Source: an uncultured virus (IMG/VR IMGVR_UViG_3300035516_000278)
Lineage: Duplodnaviria; Heunggongvirae; Uroviricota; Caudoviricetes
IMG/VR virus record: IMGVR_UViG_3300035516_000278
Length of the DNA stretch: 64,000 nt
Strand: one strand, 5' to 3'
This document shows, piece after piece, positions 1 through 8,505 of the stretch; within the stretch, counting starts at the first letter, position 1; each line of letters begins with the position of its first letter. The position numbers and the translations under genes are program-made. The notes below the pieces were generated by a model. That model ran no database searches and was not told the DNA's origin. It was given only the letters and a program-made list of their open reading frames with translations.

Positions 1-254
1 GATTGATAATTACTATCTTCCACTAAAATTTCAGACAAGGGTCTAGCTTCTTTTGGTTTAAATTTCAGACCAACATTCCAACCTTGTCCTGTAAAGTGAG
101 AAGTATCTAAATTTAATTCTTTAATTTTGTTTTTTACAGTCGCATAATTTCCACCTGCAGGAATTAATCCTAAATCTTTAATAACTCCTGCAATTGATTT
201 ATTATTTGCAACTACTTCAACAAATTGTTCATCAGTCCATTTTCTTTTACTCAT
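1..254 (-). CDS. HNH-type homing endonuclease, N-terminal part (runs off the window start)
   Basis: ATG at 254 gives MSKRKWTDEQFVEVVANNKSIAGVIKDLGLIPAGGNYATVKNKIKELNLDTSHFTGQGW. This resembles the N-terminus of the HNH ORF at 9349. The HNH motif itself is outside the window. Confidence 0.7.
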   Translation of the reverse strand, partial: MSKRKWTDEQFVEVVANNKSIAGVIKDLGLIPAGGNYATVKNKIKELNLDTSHFTGQGWNVGLKFKPKEARPLSEILVEDSNYQ

Positions 255-336
255 TGTATTAATAATTTAATACACAATGATAAAGAAAATTTTCGACTTT
301 ACCGAGTTAAATTTACAAAATAAAAATAAATTTTTT

Positions 337-372
337 CTAAGTCCTCTGCGGCTGCCTTTTCGCCATTGGAGC
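337..372 (-). tRNA. 5' half of a tRNA-Leu-like gene, interrupted at the anticodon loop
   Basis: GCTCCAA TG GCG AAAAGGCAGC CGC A GAGGA CT TAG gives an acceptor strand, D arm and 5' anticodon strand. The matching TCCTC does not follow; AT-rich sequence and an HNH-type ORF follow instead. Confidence 0.6.
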
Positions 373-462
373 AGGTGATTTACTTTATATATCACATACC
401 AAGTAAATCTATTGTTTAATTTAATACCGAAATAATTTTAATTTGATAGTTAGTACTATACG

Positions 463-535
463 TAGACCATGTAGGACTCAAACCTACGCCCCAAGGATTA
501 GAAATCCTTTGCTCTATTCACTGAGCTAATGGTCC
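463..535 (-). tRNA. trnR: tRNA-Arg(UCU)
   Basis: Cloverleaf GGACCAT TA GCTC AGTGAATA GAGC A AAGGA TT TCT AA TCCTT GGGGC GTAGG TTTGAGT CCTAC ATGGTCT A; no encoded CCA. Confidence 0.92.
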
Positions 536-602
536 ATAGGTCTTACTATTTTCACAAACCGTAAGACTAAGTGCTTTATTGTTTAACTCTAATTCTTCAT
601 AG

Positions 603-674
603 TCGGGATATTTGGAATCAAACCAAATCTTAGACATTCAAAGTGTCTCGTGCGAATCTTTACACTATATCCCA
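603..674 (-). tRNA. trnQ: tRNA-Gln(UUG)
   Basis: Cloverleaf TGGGATA TA GTGT AAAGATTC GCAC G AGACA CT TTG AA TGTCT AAGA TTTGG TTTGATT CCAAA TATCCCG A; U1-G72 wobble and A73. Confidence 0.88.
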
Positions 675-772
675 AAAGATTTACCTGCCATTCTCACGAA
701 CAACAGGTAAATATATACATATAATACCGAATATAAAAACATAAATTGTTAATACTTGTTAAGGTTCAGAAT

Positions 773-1411
773 CTAGTCCTCAAAACAAATACTTAACCTA
801 TTATATAAATAGTTTCCTTCAATGAAATCCTTGTGATTATCCATTGATCCTGTATTAAGTATTTGTTCCCATTGGAAATTGTGAACACGCCAATATCTTG
901 TTTCTGTAATAAACATTTTGGGATTGATCACAATTTTACCTTGATAGAAAACTACTAGCTCTTCATCAGTCTGCCGAAGAACATGAAGTCCTTCTACATC
1001 AGAAGAATCTGCGGCAAACATCCAACAGAAGTTGAAGTTTACATACAGATTATCATTTTCTTCTACCTTATATAAGAAGTAAACCTTACCCTCTTCATCA
1101 GGTACAGGAATAACTTCTGAGATTGTGAGAACTTCCAAAGCATGCTCTTTATTATTAAAGGCAATAATGTCTTTATAAAAGACATTAAAGAAATTCTCAT
1201 CCTGCACAAGTACTTTATCTCCTACTTGCCAAGTAGGAGGAGTAAGTACTGTAAGGTTTTTCACATCAGCAATATAAATATCGTTGATATATGAGCAGTA
1301 TACTAATGCTCGACCAGTTTCTTTCATTTGTTTGACAATACCCGCATAATGCCGTTTATTGTCATACACGTAATCATAATTGTTCATACCTTTATTTGTT
1401 ATGGATTGCAT
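773..1411 (-). CDS. hypothetical protein (ends in TAG; read-through would add QILNLNKY)
   Basis: 212-aa ORF overlapping the neighbouring gene in an operon-like array. Confidence 0.8.
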   Translation of the reverse strand: MQSITNKGMNNYDYVYDNKRHYAGIVKQMKETGRALVYCSYINDIYIADVKNLTVLTPPTWQVGDKVLVQDENFFNVFYKDIIAFNNKEHALEVLTISEVIPVPDEEGKVYFLYKVEENDNLYVNFNFCWMFAADSSDVEGLHVLRQTDEELVVFYQGKIVINPKMFITETRYWRVHNFQWEQILNTGSMDNHKDFIEGNYLYNRLSICFED

Positions 1412-1700
1412 AATCTACTGCATTTGCTAAGCAGTAATATGTAGTAGTGTCTTGTGTTATCAACCTACATACTCCGTAATCTTCAAATTCTATTTTCAGT
1501 TCATCACCATTAATGACTGAAACTATTCTATCTGAAACTACATCTGCACGCAAATAAACAGTACCCTCTACATATTCGCTGAAAGTATCTTTAAAGACTA
1601 ACCTATTTCCAATGTTGGCTTTTATAAACTCAACACATTTGTCTTTCAGATTTTCCTGAAGAATTTTTACTTCTTCAAATAACTCGTCAATTTCTTCCAT
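1392..1700 (-). CDS. small hypothetical protein, member of a tandem family
   Basis: 102-aa ORF overlapping its neighbours. Confidence 0.8.
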   Translation of the reverse strand: MEEIDELFEEVKILQENLKDKCVEFIKANIGNRLVFKDTFSEYVEGTVYLRADVVSDRIVSVINGDELKIEFEDYGVCRLITQDTTTYYCLANAVDYAIHNK

Positions 1701-2010
1701 CTTTAAGAAGTTTTATTGCTTCTGCAATTGCATAAATCTCCCAAAGTTCAAAGGAAGATACAGGAAGATACATATCAGAAGTAAGTTTTGCAATTACTTC
1801 CCCATTATGGGGTTCTTGATATACTGCAAGAACTTGTACTGGTTTATATTCTCCCTGGCAAAAGACTACAACACTAGGATGTGTATCTATTTCGCAAAAA
1901 CCTTTATTATAAGAGATTTGAACTTTAATATATTCAAGACACGCATTAATACAGTCAGTCTCAAGCTCAGATAAATCTGCCGCAAGCTTTTCAAAATGCT
2001 CTTCCATCAT
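1687..2010 (-). CDS. small hypothetical protein, member of a tandem family
   Basis: 107-aa ORF overlapping its neighbours. Confidence 0.8.
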   Translation of the reverse strand: MMEEHFEKLAADLSELETDCINACLEYIKVQISYNKGFCEIDTHPSVVVFCQGEYKPVQVLAVYQEPHNGEVIAKLTSDMYLPVSSFELWEIYAIAEAIKLLKDGRN

Positions 2011-2344
2011 CTAATACAATTTCGGGAATTTTACTATTATACTGAATGGCGTCTACAATGCCGAATACTTCTTTGGCATCGAAGATTACAACATTCATTT
2101 CCTTATTGTTGTCTAAGGAGACTTTCAAATCTCCTTCAGAGGAAGTAAAGAGTTTCGTAATTGTAACATTACGATAAACAATGCGTCCAGAAGCTTCTCG
2201 TTCTGAATCCAATATTTGGGGTTTGCGGAATTTATCCGTAAAGTCAAACTCTTTCTTTTTCTTAAGAATTTCGATACACTCGTTTTTCAAACTCTCTTCA
2301 TTGGATATGAGAGTTTGAAGTAAATCATCTAATTTTGTTGTCAT
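1991..2344 (-). CDS. small hypothetical protein, member of a tandem family
   Basis: 117-aa ORF overlapping its neighbours. Confidence 0.8.
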   Translation of the reverse strand: MTTKLDDLLQTLISNEESLKNECIEILKKKKEFDFTDKFRKPQILDSEREASGRIVYRNVTITKLFTSSEGDLKVSLDNNKEMNVVIFDAKEVFGIVDAIQYNSKIPEIVLDDGRAF

Positions 2345-2622
2345 GATTTTAAATTTATGATTAATTTGTATATATCATTAATTTCTAAAAGAGCAACCTT
2401 ATAACGTCCTTCTTTAGTTATAATCCAAAGAAGGTTATTATTAGATTTTTCAATTTCCAGAATTTCAACATTCACACCTTGAATACAAACCACTGGTTTA
2501 GTTACAAATGTAACTTTTGTATTCACATTCTCTCTCAAATAAAGGGAGAAAAGACGGTAGGTTTCTTCTTCTGCATTAGAAAACCATTCCATCTTTTCTC
2601 CACACTCCTTCAGCGTAACCAT
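2341..2622 (-). CDS. small hypothetical protein, member of a tandem family
   Basis: 93-aa ORF with ATGA and TAATG start/stop overlaps. Confidence 0.8.
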   Translation of the reverse strand: MVTLKECGEKMEWFSNAEEETYRLFSLYLRENVNTKVTFVTKPVVCIQGVNVEILEIEKSNNNLLWIITKEGRYKVALLEINDIYKLIINLKS

Positions 2623-2945
2623 TATTTCTTAAAGGAGTTAGCTACTGTTTGTAGTAGTTGATACTGTTCTACAGTACTTAATTTTGAGAGAGAGCAGTGA
2701 TGACAATCTCCGTGATTAATGTAGAGCACCTCCACGTGGTCTGTCCAGATCTCAACCCCCGTGATCTCAACCACCACAACGTGGTGGCGAGCGTAATGAC
2801 TTACCATCGTGGGTAATACTTCTTCATTAAATTCAAGGTATTCTAATTTATGGTCGTTTAGAATACTAAGAATTTCTGATTTTACAAAGCTTTCAAAGTC
2901 AGCCATTGCCTGCTTAACTTTGATAAATTGTTCAGTTCCTTTCAT
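2622..2945 (-). CDS. small hypothetical protein, member of a tandem family
   Basis: 107-aa ORF whose stop overlaps the next start. Confidence 0.8.
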   Translation of the reverse strand: MKGTEQFIKVKQAMADFESFVKSEILSILNDHKLEYLEFNEEVLPTMVSHYARHHVVVVEITGVEIWTDHVEVLYINHGDCHHCSLSKLSTVEQYQLLQTVANSFKK

Positions 2946-2966
2946 TTGTTCATACTTTTTTAATAG

Positions 2967-3272
2967 TTATTTATTTTCACCACATTCAATTGCGATGGTT
3001 TCTGCCAATAAACCAAGAATATCCATAGTTAAGTCTGCTATGTAAATTCTAAGACTAGCAGTTTCTACATAAATATCTTCATCAGATCTCAAAAACAGTC
3101 TGAGAGCTTTTAAAATGTTACCACCATACGTAATGTGAGGTGGCACTTTAAATTCATATTCGCCTTTTTCATTTAAATGCTCCTTAAAATAGAGCATATA
3201 ATGAGTGAGACAGCGAGCTGCCATTTCTCTGTATGTCGCTAAGGAAATACGACAGCGATTAATTGTTACCAT
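2967..3272 (-). CDS. small hypothetical protein, member of a tandem family
   Basis: 101-aa ORF in the array. Confidence 0.75.
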   Translation of the reverse strand: MVTINRCRISLATYREMAARCLTHYMLYFKEHLNEKGEYEFKVPPHITYGGNILKALRLFLRSDEDIYVETASLRIYIADLTMDILGLLAETIAIECGENK

Positions 3273-3558
3273 AATGCATACGATTATAAGTTATTGTCGC
3301 TTCCATAAACTTTATGACTGCAAATCTCTCTGCAGGAGTGAACTCCGAGAATTTTACCTCGTATCCATTATTGAATACGAGATAAATTCCATCAAAACCA
3401 TCAATGCCTAAAACAGGCATTTGGTAGTATTCCCCTTCGTCTTCCACGACCACAGTAGGCTGTAAAAGATTAAATTCGAAGTTTCTATTTTCGTCCAGAT
3501 GTGAGGAAATATATTCCTCCTGTGCATCTAGAAAGAGTTGTTTATCCTTGATCTCCAT
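3259..3558 (-). CDS. small hypothetical protein, member of a tandem family
   Basis: Track ORF 3259..3597; the likely start is ATG 3558 (MEIKDKQ), which reduces overlap with the upstream gene. Confidence 0.75.
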   Translation of the reverse strand: MEIKDKQLFLDAQEEYISSHLDENRNFEFNLLQPTVVVEDEGEYYQMPVLGIDGFDGIYLVFNNGYEVKFSEFTPAERFAVIKFMEATITYNRMHYGNN

Positions 3559-3859
3559 TTTGCTTTTCCCATTCAAGTGTGATCGTTTCCTCCTCAAGAT
3601 ATATATATACCTTACCGTATGCAGTACGAAAGTGTATTCTTCGTTCTTGATTAATGATGTGGAATATAGCTTCCTTTTTACTTAATTCAATCAACGATCT
3701 GATCGTATCTGTCCTGAGTGTTGTATTGCCGTATGCAAAGAGTATTTCCTGAATACGGCTAACACAAGTTTCCTTGTACTTGTTATACAAGTATTCGGAA
3801 ACAGTGTAACAATTTGATCTTGTTACAGTCTTTTTTTCAATGAGTTCAAATGTTTGCAT
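3542..3859 (-). CDS. hypothetical protein
   Basis: 105-aa ORF with an A-rich leader. Confidence 0.75.
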   Translation of the reverse strand: MQTFELIEKKTVTRSNCYTVSEYLYNKYKETCVSRIQEILFAYGNTTLRTDTIRSLIELSKKEAIFHIINQERRIHFRTAYGKVYIYLEEETITLEWEKQNGDQG

Positions 3860-3890
3860 GAGTTTGTTGTTTTTTGTAAAGTTGGAAAAT

Positions 3891-3953
3891 GGGCATATAA
3901 AGATTGAAAACTGACTTGGTTCAATTAATTTCTGTCTTCAATTTTATATGCCC
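3891..3953. terminator. long intergenic hairpin, possible terminator or processing stem
   Basis: GGGCATATAAAGATTGAA ... TTCAATTTTATATGCCC imperfect inverted repeat. Confidence 0.4.
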
Positions 3954-4015
3954 GGTTATGTATTAAGGAAAGAAAATTCCTAGGAGCATCTAAAGATGAT
4001 ACTCCTAGTTATTTG

Positions 4016-4231
4016 TTATCCTAAATCAAAAGGATTTCTTGGCTCTCCATATTTCGCAGAGATTTCCGAGAAATCCGAGAACGTAGCTATACCAATGGTG
4101 ATAGCTACAACAGCTATCCCGAAGACAGCTTCAATCTGTGCCCCTTCTAGGGCAAACAAAAACATAAATAAAGCCTCTATTACAATAATATAATAGAAGT
4201 TTTTATAGAATCTAATCTTTAATTTTTTCAT
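4016..4231 (-). CDS. small membrane protein
   Basis: 71 aa with a basic N-terminus and two hydrophobic segments. Confidence 0.75.
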   Translation of the reverse strand: MKKLKIRFYKNFYYIIVIEALFMFLFALEGAQIEAVFGIAVVAITIGIATFSDFSEISAKYGEPRNPFDLG

Positions 4232-4614
4232 TATAACATGTATCTTTTATCAAGGATAATATATCCATTCTCCTTGAGAAGATGTATTGCATTTTCAATT
4301 GCAATTTGTTTACGACCTTCTTCTCCTGAAAAACGATAATGCTCCTTGAGTTTGTAATAACCATCAATAGCTTTACGCAACAAGCTGATGTGAACTGGCT
4401 CGTCCACAAAAGCGTATTGCCCTCTTGAAATTTTAATAATACATCCCTGTCTTATTAAGTTTATCAATAGTGGACTGTTGAGAGAAATTCCTATTTCTAA
4501 AAATTTCTCTTTCAATTCTGCAAAACTAAAGGATTTTAGTGTGTTCTCTTGGCGTAGACTATTAAAGTCGGAAATAAGTGTCCTATCTACGCAAATTGCT
4601 TTAGGGCGACTCAT
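4231..4614 (-). CDS. hypothetical protein, possible winged-helix DNA-binding domain
   Basis: 127 aa; LINLIRQGCIIKISRGQYAF resembles a wHTH recognition helix and wing. Confidence 0.65.
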   Translation of the reverse strand: MSRPKAICVDRTLISDFNSLRQENTLKSFSFAELKEKFLEIGISLNSPLLINLIRQGCIIKISRGQYAFVDEPVHISLLRKAIDGYYKLKEHYRFSGEEGRKQIAIENAIHLLKENGYIILDKRYML

Positions 4615-4615
4615 T

Positions 4616-4780
4616 TTACATAGTCTTTAAGGTACTAATTAACTTATCAACAGGCCATCCATGCACCTCGTTGAAAAAATCACGTGGTTGCACATCATGC
4701 ACCTGATTCAGGCGATTAACCTGAATTGTGTAAACTTTTTCTCCCATTTCGAGTTCGATTGTACGATTAAACTTTTTCAT
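4616..4780 (-). CDS. small hypothetical protein (54 aa, not in the track)
   Basis: MKKFNRTIELEMGEKVYTIQVNRLNQVHDVQPRDFFNEVHGWPVDKLISTLKTM; stop lies next to the following start. Confidence 0.65.
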   Translation of the reverse strand: MKKFNRTIELEMGEKVYTIQVNRLNQVHDVQPRDFFNEVHGWPVDKLISTLKTM

Positions 4781-5149
4781 AGGACATAAGGGTATTAAGC
4801 TCTAACCGAGCGAACGATACTATTCTATTCTGGTCGTACCAACCAGTCTTGTTTTAAGCAAAGCAATGTGGGTAACACATTCTTATAAACAAGCTAAAGC
4901 AATTTCTGTATTACTGGGAATGTAAATACAGATTGGGAAAATTCGAAAATAATTTTAGCACAGTTGGGATTTGTAAGTTTGCTACTAACTAATACAGTGT
5001 TCAAACGCAGAAAAATTAATTTAGAAAATGGTGAGGAAGTGAGGGAGTGGGGTAGTGTAATCTCACTCACTCAACCTCCTCTACCATCAAAAAACCTTAT
5101 TTAATTTCACTTTCCTGGCAAAAATACCAGTATACGTATTTACACACAT

Positions 5150-5386
5150 TCATTCGCATTCCTCGTCGTAATCGTGGGTCTGAATGTAAATCAGACGATG
5201 CATTGCAAGTTGATTACCCACAACACTCAACACAATTACTGTCACCAGCTGAAAATAACTGTGATTCACACAAAAGGTATTAGGATGTCCTAACACTTTC
5301 ATTATCATCACAGCTCCTGCTGATGTTACTAATATTACTGTAGCAACCATAATGATGATTGCCATCACTTGCTCAAATCGTTTCAT
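5150..5386 (-). CDS. small membrane protein
   Basis: 78 aa with two hydrophobic segments. Confidence 0.7.
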   Translation of the reverse strand: MKRFEQVMAIIIMVATVILVTSAGAVMIMKVLGHPNTFCVNHSYFQLVTVIVLSVVGNQLAMHRLIYIQTHDYDEECE

Positions 5387-5474
5387 GTTATTGTTGTTTT
5401 AGTTGTTATTTTTGCTCTTACGTAAAATGCTACTTCTCACTGAATAATTTATACCCAGCGAGAAGTATTAAGGA

Positions 5475-5906
5475 TTATTTAAACTCGGAGTTAGTTTTAT
5501 TGGCAACTAAGCAAACCTCCATTGCTACGTTAAACACGTAAAGTTGCTCGTAATCGTATTTGCCTCCGTAAATTCCCTCAAAGGCAATCTGTTTTGCCAC
5601 CTGCTGGCCAAGCAGGGGATCTTTGAAGAAATCCCGCTTACCATTTACAAACTCCTCTAAGGCTTCATATACAGGGAATGAGAAATGACCTTGCGGCCAC
5701 ACAATTATCTGACCATCGGAAACTGCTTTCGCATCTCCTTCTTCAAGGTGCTGCAGCAACAATTGTTCACAATGTTCCATACGCTTTAAAGCATACTCAT
5801 GCGCCATTTCTAATACGCCCTCTTTAGTGAGGGGACGATGGGAACATACGAAATCACTTTCTTGCAACTTTGAGCACATGTTGCTTAACTCTTTACTTGT
5901 TTTCAT
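5475..5906 (-). CDS. hypothetical protein
   Basis: 143-aa ORF. Confidence 0.8.
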   Translation of the reverse strand: MKTSKELSNMCSKLQESDFVCSHRPLTKEGVLEMAHEYALKRMEHCEQLLLQHLEEGDAKAVSDGQIIVWPQGHFSFPVYEALEEFVNGKRDFFKDPLLGQQVAKQIAFEGIYGGKYDYEQLYVFNVAMEVCLVANKTNSEFK

Positions 5907-5997
5907 TTCGGTAATGTATTAAATTAAACAATAATATAGTTTGTTTCCAACTAAGTAATTACTAAACTGCCCAGTTTTTCCAAGGAATACTGGATTC

Positions 5998-6186
5998 TTA
6001 TCTTTGATGTCTGCCCAAAGGCAGTACTCGATGAATGCCATAGATTCTTTCTCTTATATGTACCAACTCATAGAAAGCAGGCACATCCATTAACAAACTC
6101 GGTGTTGTAATGTAAAAGCAACCTTCTGTTGTTATCAGAAGGTTGCCTTTGTGAGAAGTACCTAGTACGACCTTCTTAAAGGTCAT
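5998..6186 (-). CDS. small hypothetical protein
   Basis: 62 aa; ATGA overlap with the upstream gene. Confidence 0.6.
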   Translation of the reverse strand: MTFKKVVLGTSHKGNLLITTEGCFYITTPSLLMDVPAFYELVHIRERIYGIHRVLPLGRHQR

Positions 6187-6704
6187 ACTTCGGTAAAGGT
6201 TACAACGGATTGCATACGAGTGCCAACAACCTGATTGTTCACACGGTCTGCAATGCGCACACGCTCAACTTTCGTGACCTCAAGGGTCATACCTGCGATG
6301 AGCTCCAAGATGTCATACTGCGTGGCGCATTTCATAACATCCGTGTAGAGATCATCTTCACTGTGAACTCTACGGCCAGTTGGCTGTAGATCCTCTCCAT
6401 ATTCCGTCGCATTGCGGCGCAACGAAGAGATGATGAGGAAGCGGCCGATACCTGCTTCCGTCTCGACAGCGATACCCGCGAAGGGCTGCTTTTGGTATTC
6501 ACGAAGAACGAGCAACTCCTTGTAGTTCTGAGGCACAGTGAACTTATCACCAACCTCCCACGTACTCTCGCTGGGATCGTTGTTCGTCATAGTCTTCAAC
6601 TTCTCAACAGCCTCATTTCCTGTGACTGCACCATCCATCTTAGACTGTCTGTCAAAGACTAACTTAGCAACTTCACTAACTGCACTAGTTTTACCTTTTG
6701 CCAT
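6183..6704 (-). CDS. hypothetical protein
   Basis: 173-aa ORF with an AT-rich leader (TAAAATTATG). Confidence 0.85.
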   Translation of the reverse strand: MAKGKTSAVSEVAKLVFDRQSKMDGAVTGNEAVEKLKTMTNNDPSESTWEVGDKFTVPQNYKELLVLREYQKQPFAGIAVETEAGIGRFLIISSLRRNATEYGEDLQPTGRRVHSEDDLYTDVMKCATQYDILELIAGMTLEVTKVERVRIADRVNNQVVGTRMQSVVTFTEV

Positions 6705-6777
6705 AATTTTAAATATTGTGATACACTATGGGACCGTAGTGTATCGGGTTAATTATTAAATGTTAAAGTGATAATTG

Positions 6778-6842
6778 CCCCAGACTACCAACGTACAACT
6801 GTTGATAGTTTCGTCGCAATTCTCAGCGACTCTTCAGTGGAG
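6778..6842 (-). ncRNA. type I hammerhead ribozyme
   Basis: CTCCA CTGAAGA GTCGC TGAGAATT GCGAC GAAA CTATCAAC AGTTGTAC GTTGGTAG TC TGGGG: complete CUGANGA / GAAA / UH core with stems I, II and III. Confidence 0.92.
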
Positions 6843-7154
6843 TTAAAAGTGCTCGTCTTTCCGAGCTGCCAACTGTCACATGTACTCCTCGCATACAGTA
6901 TTTGCGATTCGTGAGCTAAACTCTCCGTAGCTCCTCAGAGGTCTACCAAGCTTGTCAATATGGATACATTCTCCTTATGTAGACGTCGGAGAATAATTAC
7001 CAGCCTGTCATTAAAGTGCGTCAAGCCATACACTAGTTTACCCGCTTTGCTTACGTCCTTGGGTCTCAGACTGCCTAGGACATTTATAAGAGGAACTTCC
7101 TCTCGCCTAGGAATGGTTGTTTTGTCATAATGAACGACGCAAAAGTTAATAATG

Positions 7155-7188
7155 CATCTCCCAACTACGCGTCAATAGTTGGGAGATG
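7155..7188 (-). terminator. hairpin directly after the 7192..7653 gene
   Basis: CATCTCCCAACTA / TAGTTGGGAGATG perfect inverted repeat. Confidence 0.55.
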
Positions 7189-7191
7189 TTG

Positions 7192-7653
7192 TTACTTCTT
7201 AATCCAGCCGATAGCCCCATTCAGGGGATCGACATAATTACCCTCTGCATCGGGACCTTCCGGCCAGTCTTCCAAATTCATAGAATTGAAAGACTTATGA
7301 GTGCCCTTGTACTGGAACTCTTCATCAGGAGTATCACGACGAGGCCAGCTATCATTGGCTGCAGCCTCCTCAGATTTGTAATACTGAGGTTCGTCGTATG
7401 AATACTTAACAGAACCATGTAGAAGATCTACTGATTCCAAAGTACGTACTGTCCCCTTGATAACAGCAGTTTTTGCAAACTGCTGCGAAGGCATCATAAA
7501 CGATGCCAAAAAGTTAAGGGCAGTGACTTCATCCATACCTGTGCATAACGCACGGAATACAGTTTCCAATGATACTGTTGTACCTTGCATGAGACCACGT
7601 ACAAAAGCATTTGCATTCTTGTTCATAATGAAAATAGATATTAAATTAAACAT
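7192..7653 (-). CDS. hypothetical protein (start may be ATG 7626)
   Basis: ORF of up to 153 aa followed by a hairpin. Confidence 0.75.
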   Translation of the reverse strand: MFNLISIFIMNKNANAFVRGLMQGTTVSLETVFRALCTGMDEVTALNFLASFMMPSQQFAKTAVIKGTVRTLESVDLLHGSVKYSYDEPQYYKSEEAAANDSWPRRDTPDEEFQYKGTHKSFNSMNLEDWPEGPDAEGNYVDPLNGAIGWIKK

Positions 7654-7769
7654 TTGTTATACATCTGTAAGGTATGGGAGCGGGTATACATGAGGCTACA
7701 TTTTGCTCGCGCCGCGAGCACCCCCGAAGCACCACCAAAAAATGGTGGTGTCCGAGGATGCCCGTGGGG

Positions 7770-7907
7770 TCAGCGAAACACCTCTTTCACCTCGTCGGCG
7801 AAAGGGAGCAGTTTTTCAAAATTATCTGCTGAAACAAAAACCGCCGTATCAACGTGGCAATTTAGAAAACTTCCCCTGTCTGTAGGGTAGTAAACACGAA
7901 TTTTCAT
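7770..7907 (-). CDS. small hypothetical protein (MKIRVYYPTD...)
   Basis: C-terminal part of track ORF 7770..7997, starting at an internal ATG with an AT-rich leader. Confidence 0.45.
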   Translation of the reverse strand: MKIRVYYPTDRGSFLNCHVDTAVFVSADNFEKLLPFADEVKEVFR

Positions 7908-8010
7908 AGTGTGACATTTTAAGTTAAACAATAAAGTTGAAAAGGGACTTTTATAGGTAAAAGTCCCAAAGAAAAACCGCTCGCTTTTTGGTATCAAAAC
8001 GAGCTGAAAA

Positions 8011-8505
8011 TTACTTTGACTGAATTTTCGCCTTATATTGTGTTTCAGTCAGAAAGCCGCCTATGCGACCTTTGCCCTCCTTTTTGGCACGCGACCAATA
8101 GACGAACGTTTGCCCGCCTAAAGTATTGCATTTGTCTGCGAGTTCTTTGCCGACGATGTTCCCGAGGGCAAAGTCCTCATGGTCATCTCCAATACCGCGA
8201 CGACCAAAAAGGGCGGGGGACACGCCGTCAAAAGCGTGCCCGTTGAGGGTGCATGAAAGCACGTAGTAGTTACCGCTTTCCTCCTTTCCCTCATCATTGA
8301 CACGCTTCCACGTGCCAAGATTCCAGAATGTTTTCTTTGGATTCTTTGAATCCAAAGACTTAATAACGATTTTATCGCCATTGTAGAATGGCGATTTTGA
8401 GGCAAACCCACCTTCACCTTTTTCGGCGGCGGGTTTAATCGTCTTTTCAAAATCAACTGATTTTGAAGCGATTTTAACCTCATAAGTTGTGGTTGATTTT
8501 CCCAT
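8011..8505 (-). CDS. hypothetical basic protein, first gene of the leftward arm
   Basis: 164-aa Lys/Gly-rich ORF. Confidence 0.8.
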   Translation of the reverse strand: MGKSTTTYEVKIASKSVDFEKTIKPAAEKGEGGFASKSPFYNGDKIVIKSLDSKNPKKTFWNLGTWKRVNDEGKEESGNYYVLSCTLNGHAFDGVSPALFGRRGIGDDHEDFALGNIVGKELADKCNTLGGQTFVYWSRAKKEGKGRIGGFLTETQYKAKIQSK

